Positions 47,201 through 57,537 of a stretch of 64,000 nt of DNA are shown here, one piece after another (position 1 is the stretch's first letter; each line of letters opens with the position of its first letter). This stretch comes from Mantamonas sphyraenae STR306 (lineage: Eukaryota; Protista; CRuMs). Below the pieces are notes generated by a model. The model searched no databases. It was not told the origin of the DNA and saw only the letters and a list, made by a program, of their open reading frames with translations. The DNA is taken from NCBI GenBank assembly GCA_026936335.1, contig JAPMXV010000055.1, positions 362,194 to 426,193 of the forward strand, read 5' to 3'. The translations under genes were made by a program, and so were the position numbers.

Positions 47201-50200
47201 CTTCTTGGGCGCATACACCTTGTTCTTAAACTCCTTCTCAAAGATGCCTCGGAACTTGCGGCCGGAGTACTCGACTCCCACAGTCATGCCTGCGGACAGC
47301 TCGCCGCCCAGCACCAGGCGGAAGTCGCCTGCTGCCTTGAGCACAGAGCCAGCCCACAGGGTGGGCTTGATGGAAATCCACACCGGCACAGGACCCAGCA
47401 TGAACTGCACCTTGGTGCCCTTGAAGTCCAGCAGCTTCTTCGACTTGTTCTCGTCGATCTCAAACTCCATCACCGCCAGCATGCGCAGTGTGAGGGACAC
47501 ACGGCCGGCCAGCGTGGCGCGGAACAGCTTCAACTTGTAGCTGCGGATCTTAAACACCATCTTGAACATAAACTCGATGACGGCCTCGGCCTTTTCCAGA
47601 CGCAGCAGGATCAGATAGTTGTCCTTCTTGCGCTTGAACAGGTCGCGCGGTTTCATCGCTTTGCCCACGTCCACTCCCTTTTGGTAGGTGTAGTCGATCT
47701 TGCCCATGAGGGCGTTGACCAGCGTGGTGACCATTTTGGCCACCTTGGCAATCTCCTTCTTGATCTTGGCCACCACCTTCTTCACAAAAGCCATGATTTG
47801 GTCGCTGATGGTGTCGGCCATGGCCTCAAAGCCCTTTTCCATCGCCGCCCACACGCCCGTGGCGTACTTGGACACGGCGGCGGCAATCTTGGCGCCAAAC
47901 TTCTTCATGGCCTTCTTCAAAGCGGCCAATCCCTTTTTCACGGCGCTCTTGATGGCGCGACCCAGACGGCGGAAGAAACCACGGTTGCGCTCGGAATCCT
48001 GCACCTCCAGCTCGTCGTCCTCGCGTGCGTCGGCGTCGTCCTGGGCGCGGTACATGCCGTTCTCGTCCTCGTCGTTGAGGGCCAGGGCGTCACTGTCGTC
48101 CTCGTCCTCGGCCTTTGAGCTTCCACGACCCTCTGTGATTTCGCGCATGTGTGCGTGTGCCACGTGGTCGTCGCTTGCAAAGTCGTCGTCCTCCATCTCT
48201 GTGTCTGCGCGTGCGTGCAGGTGGTCGAGGTGGTCCTGGGTGTAGTCCACAAAGGCGTCGTGTGCGTGTGCGGCAACGTCGTCCACAAAGGCAGACGTCT
48301 TGTCACGCACGGCCTGGGACACAGATGCGTCTGCAGGCATGTCCTGGACATGCTTGGCCACGGCAAGGGTCGCCTCGCGCTGTGCGGTCTCACGCACCAC
48401 CGAGGCGTACTTGCGCACGCGCTCCATGCGTTCGTTGTTGGCTGCCGTCTTCTTCCACTGGGCAAACATGCGCTCGAGCACATCGCGGTCGTGTTGCACC
48501 GAGGCGTGGGTGCGCATGTCGGTCACCTCGCCGGTTTCTGCGTCGCGCACCATGCTGGGTGCGCCCTGCACAGAGGTTTCCACGTCGCCGTCCTTGACAA
48601 TGTCCAGCAGGCCTGCGTTGTGGCAGCGCAGCTGCACCGTGTTGGGTTCGTGCGGCAGTGCGTTGACGTGCGAGACGCGAAAGAGGCCGTTGGGCACGGA
48701 GAAGATGCTGCCCACCTGGATGGCGTACTTGTCCACCAGCCACTTGGGCACCTCAAACTCGCCTGCAATGTCGCCCTCGGGCAGGATCTTCTTGATGTCG
48801 TCCAGCCACTGCTGTGTGCCCGGGATGGTTTGTCCGTCGGCGTCGCGCAGTTCCTCGTCGGCAATCAGGCCGCGGTCCAGGGTGCTTGCGCGTGCCATGC
48901 GGTGCACACGGTCCATGAGTGTGGAGCCGTGCATGCCCATGAGGGCCAGCGGATCTTCGTCGTTGATGGCGTTGTGCGGACGACGCACCATCCTGAGGTG
49001 CTCGTGGTGCTCGTTGGCAATGTGCACAAACTTGTCGTTGACCACCACGTCACCACGCTGGCGCGTGTGTGCAGTGTACTCCTGCTGGTGGCGCAGGGCC
49101 TCGCGTGCCTCTTCCGGTTCCAGCACACGTGCCTTTTCCTCGTCGCTCAGCTCACGTGTGGGCATCAGCGGCGTCTGTGCGTCCTGCAGCTCCTCGCTGT
49201 GGGCGTAGTGCGGGTCGGCAAAGAACGCCTCTTCCGAAACCTCGTTCGGGTCCACACGCTCCACCGTGTAGGCGTCGTTGACCTCATGCGGCAGCTCAAA
49301 CTGCTCGCGCAGGGTGGCCTGGTCCAGTGTGGGGCCAGCAGGATGGTCAAACAGGCGCTCCTTGGCCATCAGCGTGTGGTACGCACGCATGTTTTCGTCC
49401 AAATCGTCCACGTCTTCGTGGTCGCTGTCGCTGTCGCTCTCGCTGTCGCCATTGTCGCGCTTGGCCTGCTTCAGCGATGCCTTGGCCTCCTTCACCACGG
49501 GTTTGGCAGCCTTGTTCACAATCGCCTCCGACTCGTGCTTCAGCTTCTGCGTGATCAAAAAGTTTTTGATCATGGCCACCTGGGTGTCCACCAACGTCTT
49601 GTGCATCGTCATCAACAGCTTGCGCTTCTTGTCCGACTCGATCGTGCCAGCGCCACGCACAGCCTCCATGTTGGCCTTTGTCTTTTCCTCCAGGGCAGAC
49701 AGCCGTTTAGCCGCGTTCTTCATATCATCCACATTGGTGCCCTCCACCGTCTTTTTCATCTCTCCACGTGCAGCCATGGCCTCTGCCAGCTCAGTGCGCT
49801 TGGCATCTACCTCTTTGCTGCGTTTGCTGGAGCGGCGGCGGCGACGGCGGCGACGGCGGCGGCGCCAGATGCCGCTGTCCTCGTCCTCGTCCTCGTCTTC
49901 CAGGTCTGCCGTGTCGTCGCCGTACAGGGAGGTGCGTTCGTTGGCGTCGAGCACCTGTGTCTGCTTTGCGGGCTTGCCGCCTGCGGTAAAGGTGCCCTTG
50001 GCCACGACGGCGCTCTTGCTGAACAGCTCGTAGTTCTTGTTGAGGAGCTTGTTGCCCAGGATGGTCACCTGCACGCCAACGTCACCGCGGCAGCCGACAA
50101 GGAGCTCCCAAGAGCTGACCCTGCTTGCACGCAGCACAGCCTGCACGTACGGCTCCACGGAAAAGGTGGGGCCTGCGATGCCGTAGAGCAAAAACGCAAC

Positions 50201-52463
50201 CACAGGCTTGGCAAACGCTTCAAGGGTGACTGTGCCCACGGGAACCTTCTTGGGCAGGGTCAGGCTCTTCTTGAAGTGGCGCTTGAACATGCCCTTGAAG
50301 CCGTCGCCGCGTTTGTAGCGCAAACCGACGGCGATGCCCGAGCTGACGGTACCGCCCACCGTATCCTCGGCCTCCACGGTCACCTCCAGGTTGAAACCAG
50401 CAAAGATTTCCATGCGGATTTTGATCCAGATGGGCACAGGGCCGGCCATGAAACTGATGCGTGCGCCGTTGAACACAGCCACCTTGGCGCTCTTGTTCAT
50501 GCGCATGCGGTAGTTGAGCTTGGCAAACAGGTCGATGAGGACCGACACGTTGCCGGCAAGCTCCACGCGGAAGTACTGCAGACGGAACATCTTGAGAGAA
50601 AACTGAAAAGTAAACTTGGGCACAAACTTGACGTGTGCCTTGCGCAGGAGAACCTGTGCGTGCACACCCTTGGCCTCGTTCTTGTAGTTGAAGAGCATCT
50701 TGTTGGTGAAGGCCTTTCCCAGTGTGACGCTCTTTTGCAGGTCCACTTTCATGGAGCCCAGTGATTTGATGGTGTTCTTGATGTGCTTGATCACCGCCAC
50801 CACGGCGTTCAGGACACCCTTGAGGTCACCACGCAGGAATGCGCCGACAGCCTGCTTCATGGCCTTGAGAATGGGGCCAGCAAACTTTTTGATGGCCTTG
50901 AACATCTTCTTGGCAAACTTGGCAATGCCCTTGACGAGCTTCCTGCCAAACTTGCGCAGACCCTTGCGAATCTTCTTGCCCCACTTGCGGATCTTCCTTC
51001 CCCACTTGCGGATCTTTCTGACGAAGCGGAACTTGTTTGTGTTGACGTCCTGCACCTGCTCCTCTTCCTCCTGCTCCGAGTCGACGTCGTCGGACGAGGA
51101 CGACGCGGGGTCGGCGTCGTCAGAGGCAGAGGCAGAGGCAGAGGAAGCCGAGGGCGGGGCATTGTACACGGCGTGGCGCACAGAGTCCTTCAGGACGGCC
51201 TCTGCACGAGCGGCAAAGAGCTCACGTGCGGGCTCTTCCACATCCTGGTAGAGCTGCTTGGTTGCTTCGACCATGGCCGGGATGGTGCGAGAGGTGATGG
51301 CTCGCTCTGGCACAGAGTTGGAGGCCATCTTCCAGAGGACGGTGTGGAGCTTGCGCAGGCTGTCCTCCACAGACTGTTCCTGCAGCTCCTTTGTGCGTGC
51401 GGCCACAAAGTCGTCGTGGATGGCCTGCAGGGTGTCGCGGTCGCGCACGCTGCTGGCCTTTGCGGACAGGTCGGTGATCTCGTTGGTGAACGCATCCTGC
51501 ACCTTGGAGGGCGAACCCTCGACGGTGGTGGACACCTCACCGTTCTTGATGACGTCGGTAAGGCCTGCGTTGTGGCAACGCAGCTGCACGTACTCGGTCT
51601 GGCCTGCGATGGGGTTCACGGCTGTGACGCGGAAGATGCCGTTGGGCACGGAGAACAGAGTGTCCACCTCGATGGAGTACTTGTTCACGAGCCACTTGGG
51701 CACCTCAAACTCGCCTGTGAGGTGGGGGTGGGGCACGTGTGTGAGCGGGGCGAGGGGAGGCAAGCGAACGGCGAGGCACAGATAAAGAAATTTTCCACGA
51801 GGCTTCTCACGGGCGCGTACCTGGGATATCGCCCTCGGGGAGGACCTTGCCAATGTCGTGCATCCAAGCCTGGGTGCCCGGGATGGTCTGGTCCTCGAGG
51901 TCGTCGTCGTAGAGGTCGTCGTCGTCCTCCGCGGCTGAGACAACATCAGCAGCAAAGCGGACTGAGTCGGAGCCGTCGCGCTGCGCCTGGCGCATGGCCT
52001 GGTCAAACACGCGCGGAGCCTTGCGTTCGAGGATGGCGAGCGGGTCGTAGTCACGAAGCCGATTGGTGGGACGGGAGACCATCTTGAGGTGCTGGTGGTG
52101 TTGGCGGTCGATCTGCACGTACTTGTCGTGGACCTCGACCTCACCGCGCACACGGGTGGTCACAGTGATGCCCTTGCCAAGGTGCATGGTGTGCACCTCA
52201 AATGGCTCGGGCACGGCGTCGGTATACTCCGCTGTGGGCTCGAGAGGGGCGCCGTCGCGCAAGTCCGCGTACTCGTGTCCGTTGTCCTCGAAAAACTGCT
52301 CCGAGGACACGGAGGGAGACACGGTTTCGTAGTCGAGCTGGTCGACCACGTCGGGCGCAAAATCGTTCACGGCCTGGCCGTGGACGTCGGCGTGCGCAGC
52401 GGCCACGAGGGCGGCCGCGCACAGCAAAAATACAAAGAGGGCCGGTGTTGTGGATTCCGGCAT
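44289..52463 (-). CDS. ~2,690-aa secreted protein with an internally duplicated module, acidic spacers and cationic amphipathic segments; intron 51715-51820; 1-nt gap at ~44860
   Basis: Signal peptide ALFVFLLCAAALVAAAHA; two copies of QTIPGTQ.W..DI.K.LPEGDI.GEFEVPKWLV...VQLRCHNAGL and of a beta-rich GPVP.WI.I...AFLLY...GP.FS.EPY domain; the second copy confirms the intron junction. Confidence 0.8.
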
Positions 52464-53323
52464 GAACTTTTGGTACACGTTTCTTCAGGATTGGAGTATT
52501 CCTTTTGAAATTGGATGGTGAAATCAGCAGTCGAGCGTTCTAGTTCAACTGCGGGATTTGAATGGACGAAGGGGCGCGGGTGCGCGGGACAGACAGGTCA
52601 GATCAGAACTTTGCGAGTGCGGCAAGGAGCCGCGCCCTGGCTTCTTGCCAGTTGACATTTTCTGCTCCTTGCTCGTGCTGGTCAGCATCATCTTTGTGCC
52701 AATATTCCCGCAGGGGCGGGGTCTGGGGTCCGAGTCGATGGAAAAGAATCCGAAACGATCGTCGCGGGGTTTTGGCCACCAGTGCGTTGGAATCACATCG
52801 CAAATCCACGAGGTTGCAAGCAACGCAGCTCGGAGTGGCGTGGAATTGTGGGCATTCAGCTGGGTGGAGTGGTGGTTTGAGAACGGGCGGCCCGCAGGAC
52901 GATCCACGACATCGTTCAACACGCGCGAACGACTATGAGTATACCTGGGCATCGTGGTAGAGGACGAGACGAAGACCGCAGGGTAGGTTGGCCGTGTGCT
53001 TACGCCATGAGCTACAGGGAAGTTGCGAGAGCGTTTCCGCGTGTCCAGTCCTGCAGAAACCTCACACACTGTGGCATTGGGTTCTGTGCAGAAGCCTTCC
53101 CGAGCATTTGGCGCGAAACGAAGTGAGTTGTAACGTGGGTGGGGTTTGGAAGCGCGCGAGTTGCTGGCGTTGGAAATGTTGGGAACGCGTCCTGAGTTCC
53201 CTCTCATGTGTTTTGTGCCTGCACGCGGGTCCAGCATGACCCTTGCACATCGGGGGCTGTTCCCTGTCAAGTGTTTGATGACTTGACCGAGGGTGTATAT
53301 TTGGCTGACGTCCAATATGCCGC

Positions 53324-56300
53324 ATGTGTCCATGCTGGACAACAGAAGATCAAGAGAATCTTGTTGATGAGCAAGAGGGCGACTCTGCAAAGAGCGGGTT
53401 TGGCAAGGGTAGCAACAGCAACAGCAACAGCACATCCCGCTTTGGATCCAAGCGCACCTCGGGCACATCCAAGGGTGGCTTTGGCAGGCGTACCTCGGAG
53501 GACGAGGGAGAATCCACAACGACCGGCACCGGGACAGCCAAAAGAGGGTTTGGCAAGGGTAGCAACAGCAACAGCAACAGCACATCCCGCTTTGGATCCG
53601 TTCGCACCTCGGGCACATCCAAGGGTAGCTTTGGCAGGCGTACATCGGAGGACGAGGGAGAATCCACAACGACCGGCACCGGGACAGCCAAAAGAGGGTT
53701 TGGCAAGGGTAGCAACAGCAACAGCAACAGGACATCCCGCTTTGGATCCAAGCGCACCTCGGGTACATCCAAGGGTAGCTTTGGCAGGCGTACCTCGGAG
53801 GACGAGGGAGAATCCACCACGACCGGCACCGGCACAGCCAAAAGAGGGTTTGGCAAGGGTAGCAACAGCAACAGCAACAGGACATCCCGCTTTGGATCCA
53901 AGCGCACCTCGGGTACATCCAAGGGTAGCTTTGGCAGGCGTACCTCGGAGGACGAGGGAGAATCCACCACGACCGGCACCGGCACAGCCAAAAGAGGGTT
54001 TGGCAAGGGCAGCAACAGCAACAGCACATCCCGCTTTGGATCCGTTCGCACCTCGGGCACTTCCAAGGCTCGCTTTGGCGGTGGAACCTTAAACCCAGAG
54101 TCAGTCAAGCGATTTGGAGGCAATCGAACCAATCAGAAGTTGATTGCAGACCTCAACGACAACAAATCCAGTCTATTCATGGACGACGAGCCCTTCTGGG
54201 ACGACAAAGTGGGCCTTCCCAACCAACCCTTGAAGCCTGCTGTGATGGATGTGTTGGACATGCTGGAGACTCGCAAAGGCAGCAGGTTTGTGAATGATGT
54301 CGAACACAAGGGTCGCGCCGTGCACGACATCCGCTTTTCCGAGACAATCATGGACCGCCGCCTCGCTGGAAAGGCCACACTCGCTGCCGTGGCTCGATCT
54401 TCCCAACGAGCTTCGTTTGGAAGGCAGAGGCAAGCACGCACTCAAACAGACCATGTACAGGACGCGTCCCTCTCTGCCCTTGCCGGGCTTGGCCAGCTGG
54501 ACGCCGTGCGACAGCGTTTGGACGACGGCGAGCACCCAGACGGGCCCGCTCACCAAGACATAAGCCCGCTGGCGATGGCAGCTGGTCGAGGAGCGGCCGA
54601 CGTTGTGTCGCTGCTCCTTGAACGCGGTGCAGACGTGAACATCGACAGCAACACCCACGTGAATTCGTCTCCTTTGCTGTCAGCATGCTGGGGAGGACAC
54701 CTGGACGTGGTCAACCTGCTGTTGGAAGCCGGCGTGGACCTCGATCAGCACTCACGCAGTGGGTGGTCGGCAATCAGTTTGGCCGTGGTGAAGAAGCACA
54801 CGGAATTGTTCCAGATCCTCATCGAAGCTGGAGCCCCCGTGGATTTCCCCGTTGGTCAGGCGGACGACATGACGGCACTGCTTCTGGCCTTGGAAAACGG
54901 CGATCTCGAGTTTGTGTTGCCCCTCCTCCAACACGGGGCTGACGTCCACTCGATGGACGGACGTCGTCGCAACTCGGTCATCCTCGCCGTGCTTGGCGGG
55001 CACGATCAGATCTTGGCCCAGCTCCTTGCGAATGGCGCCAGCCCAGATCTCGGTTTCCCCATAATCATTGCGGCAAACATGGGGCATCTGGCTTGCGTTC
55101 AGACACTCTTGCAGGCCGGAGCCGACGCCGCTGTGGAGTGGCGCGACACGACCGCACTCGTGACCGCAGTGGAAAACGGCCACCAAGATGTTGCGCTGGA
55201 GCTCATTGCACACGACCCAGCACTTGGGGCCGGCTCCTCGCCCGCGCAGAGTTTGATACACGCAGCCATCTTTCACAAGCTCACCGGCGTTGTGTCTGCT
55301 CTGCTGGACACGTGCCGTGTGTCGCCCGAGGCGGAGTACAGCACTTCCCGTGTGGCCACGCCCCTGCACGTGGCCTGTGCGACAAACCAACCGTCCATGG
55401 TGCGTACCCTTGTAGAAGCGGGCGCGTCAATTGATGGTATGTCCCTGCGCCTCGCGTGTGAGAACGACCACGACATATGCCTCAAGGTGCTCCTAGGTGC
55501 TGGGGGCTCCCCGCGGGCTCACAGCACCACGGGGGACACACTTCTGCACGTGGCATCATTCTTTGGAAAGATCCAATGCGTGAGGGCGCTCATCGAGGCA
55601 GAGGCCCCGCTGGACCCAGTCAATCTGAGGCAAATGACGCCGCTGGTACTTGCGCTGCGTGCCGGCTTCTACGACGTAGCCACAGCACTGCTCGATGCTG
55701 GAGCGGACCCGTCCCCGGACGCTGGGAATGGGAAATACTCGCCTCTTTCCAAAGCCATCCACGATGGAGCAGCACACATGGTGGAACGGCTCCTTGCTGC
55801 CGGGGCAAAGGTGATCCCAGGTGACCTGGACGCAGCCGTGCGGAGCACACACAAAGAGTGCCTGAAGCACATTTTGGATTATGGAGTGGATGTGAACGAT
55901 GGGGTGACGCTGGCCACTGCGTGCTGCCATTCACCCGAGTTTGCAGAGATGCTTGTGGCGGCAGGAGCCGACCCGGGCAACCTCGAGTCGCAGCGCGCTG
56001 TTTCGCCGCTGGTGGTTGCATGTGACCACCCGTACGACCTCTCTTTCTACGAATGGCTCATGGACAACGGAGCAGATCCAAATGCATGCACAAGGATGAT
56101 TGCAGTGAAGATGATGAGCCCACATGAGAAACGACAGGTCACCGCTCTCCACGTCGCGGTGAAAAGGAATAACGTGGATCTGGTGCGACTGCTGCTGCAA
56201 CGTGGTGCAAACGTCAACGCTTTGGATTCCTCCGGCCGGACGCCGCTGAGTGCGGCCTGCAACGCACATGCCACGCAGGCGGTGATCGAGCTGCTTGCCG

Positions 56301-57247
56301 CAGGTGCCAATGTGAACCTGAGTGGCGAGCAGGATGAAAATGCCTCCAAAGGGTTTGGGAATTGCTTTGGCCGTGGCCGCGGCGAAGGCACGAAAGAGCC
56401 GGCACAAAAGCTGCCGCTGCGTGTCGCAGCAGCGAAAGGAGCTGCAGACATTGTTCCACTTCTCCTCGAAGCTGGGGCAGAGGTGGACGTGCCGGACTCG
56501 AACGGGTACACAGCGTTGCACAGGGCATTGATGTCAAACTTTGAGGTTGTGAAACAACTCGCGGACGCCGGAGCCGCGCTGGAGGCGAGGGTTCAGCCAT
56601 CGCTGGAAACCCCTTTGCTGCTGGCTGCAAAGCATAATTCGGAAATGGTGCCCCAGCTGCTGGAACTGGGTGTTGATGTGCACGCGACAGACATGGCAGG
56701 CAACACGGCGCTGTTGCTGGCAGCACAGAAAGATTCGTTGATGGCATGCCAAGCGCTGTTGCACGCCGGAGTGGACGTGAACCAGCAAAACGAGACAAAC
56801 TATCACCAGCACAGACCCGGCTACCAATCACCTCTTCACGCAGCAGCGCAGGTGGGTAGCGACGAGCTGATCAAACTCTTGCTGATGTTTGGCGCCAAGG
56901 TGGATGCGGAGAACAATCTCGGCCAGACGCCGCTCTACTTGGCAGTGGCGTCCAAAACGGTGCGCCCAGCAACGGTCCTTCTGGAAGCTGGGGCCAACGT
57001 GAACGTGTGCGTGCTGGCTCTGTCTTTGGACCGCTTGTGGGGTGGGAATCGCGAGCTGCAGCCGAAGACGCCGCTGGCGACGGCGATCGAACAAGGCAAT
57101 GCTCTCATGATTCGCACACTGGCGGATCATGGGGCGGACGTCAACGCGCTCACACGTGCCCAACAGGCGCGGCTGGCGCGGCTGCAGGACAAGGAGGGGA
57201 GGTTTTGGCAGCAGGTGACGGAGGAGTTTGCAGGGAGGCCGCGGTGA
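53324..57247 (+). CDS. Multi-ankyrin-repeat protein with FG-containing low-complexity N-terminal repeats; 5' exon structure uncertain
   Basis: More than 20 ankyrin units (TALHVAV..LLQRGANVN, GQTPLYLA); possible splice acceptor at 53345. Confidence 0.85.
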   Translation: MCPCWTTEDQENLVDEQEGDSAKSGFGKGSNSNSNSTSRFGSKRTSGTSKGGFGRRTSEDEGESTTTGTGTAKRGFGKGSNSNSNSTSRFGSVRTSGTSKGSFGRRTSEDEGESTTTGTGTAKRGFGKGSNSNSNRTSRFGSKRTSGTSKGSFGRRTSEDEGESTTTGTGTAKRGFGKGSNSNSNRTSRFGSKRTSGTSKGSFGRRTSEDEGESTTTGTGTAKRGFGKGSNSNSTSRFGSVRTSGTSKARFGGGTLNPESVKRFGGNRTNQKLIADLNDNKSSLFMDDEPFWDDKVGLPNQPLKPAVMDVLDMLETRKGSRFVNDVEHKGRAVHDIRFSETIMDRRLAGKATLAAVARSSQRASFGRQRQARTQTDHVQDASLSALAGLGQLDAVRQRLDDGEHPDGPAHQDISPLAMAAGRGAADVVSLLLERGADVNIDSNTHVNSSPLLSACWGGHLDVVNLLLEAGVDLDQHSRSGWSAISLAVVKKHTELFQILIEAGAPVDFPVGQADDMTALLLALENGDLEFVLPLLQHGADVHSMDGRRRNSVILAVLGGHDQILAQLLANGASPDLGFPIIIAANMGHLACVQTLLQAGADAAVEWRDTTALVTAVENGHQDVALELIAHDPALGAGSSPAQSLIHAAIFHKLTGVVSALLDTCRVSPEAEYSTSRVATPLHVACATNQPSMVRTLVEAGASIDGMSLRLACENDHDICLKVLLGAGGSPRAHSTTGDTLLHVASFFGKIQCVRALIEAEAPLDPVNLRQMTPLVLALRAGFYDVATALLDAGADPSPDAGNGKYSPLSKAIHDGAAHMVERLLAAGAKVIPGDLDAAVRSTHKECLKHILDYGVDVNDGVTLATACCHSPEFAEMLVAAGADPGNLESQRAVSPLVVACDHPYDLSFYEWLMDNGADPNACTRMIAVKMMSPHEKRQVTALHVAVKRNNVDLVRLLLQRGANVNALDSSGRTPLSAACNAHATQAVIELLAAGANVNLSGEQDENASKGFGNCFGRGRGEGTKEPAQKLPLRVAAAKGAADIVPLLLEAGAEVDVPDSNGYTALHRALMSNFEVVKQLADAGAALEARVQPSLETPLLLAAKHNSEMVPQLLELGVDVHATDMAGNTALLLAAQKDSLMACQALLHAGVDVNQQNETNYHQHRPGYQSPLHAAAQVGSDELIKLLLMFGAKVDAENNLGQTPLYLAVASKTVRPATVLLEAGANVNVCVLALSLDRLWGGNRELQPKTPLATAIEQGNALMIRTLADHGADVNALTRAQQARLARLQDKEGRFWQQVTEEFAGRPR
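53396..54069 (+). repeat. 150-bp coding tandem repeat, ~4.5 copies
   Basis: Units start at 53396, 53546, 53696, 53846, 53996. Confidence 0.95.
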
Positions 57248-57537
57248 TGGTGACGGAGCCGATTACAGTAAAGTGTACAGTAAAAAGTCTTGTGTTTCCG
57301 GGTTCGTGTTGGGGTTGCAGGATGAGGGTGTGTGTGTTTCGTGGCGGCGAGGAGCTGGCAAGGCGCCCCTCGTCCTGCGTGCGGTGGTGCATCCAACGCA
57401 TCTGCATACACATAGTACAGCACGGTCATAGGGTAGGGAAAGGCAGGGGGCATCGGGGCCTTGCTTGCGTGGGTGTGGCAGGTAGGGAAGAGGATTGCTG
57501 ACGCTCATGGGTTATGTAATACTGTATATTAGGCAAA

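Noticed and set aside
52545-53323. Separate gene or 5' exons upstream of the ankyrin ORF
   Set aside because: Splice-like signals are present, but I could not build a consistent reading frame.
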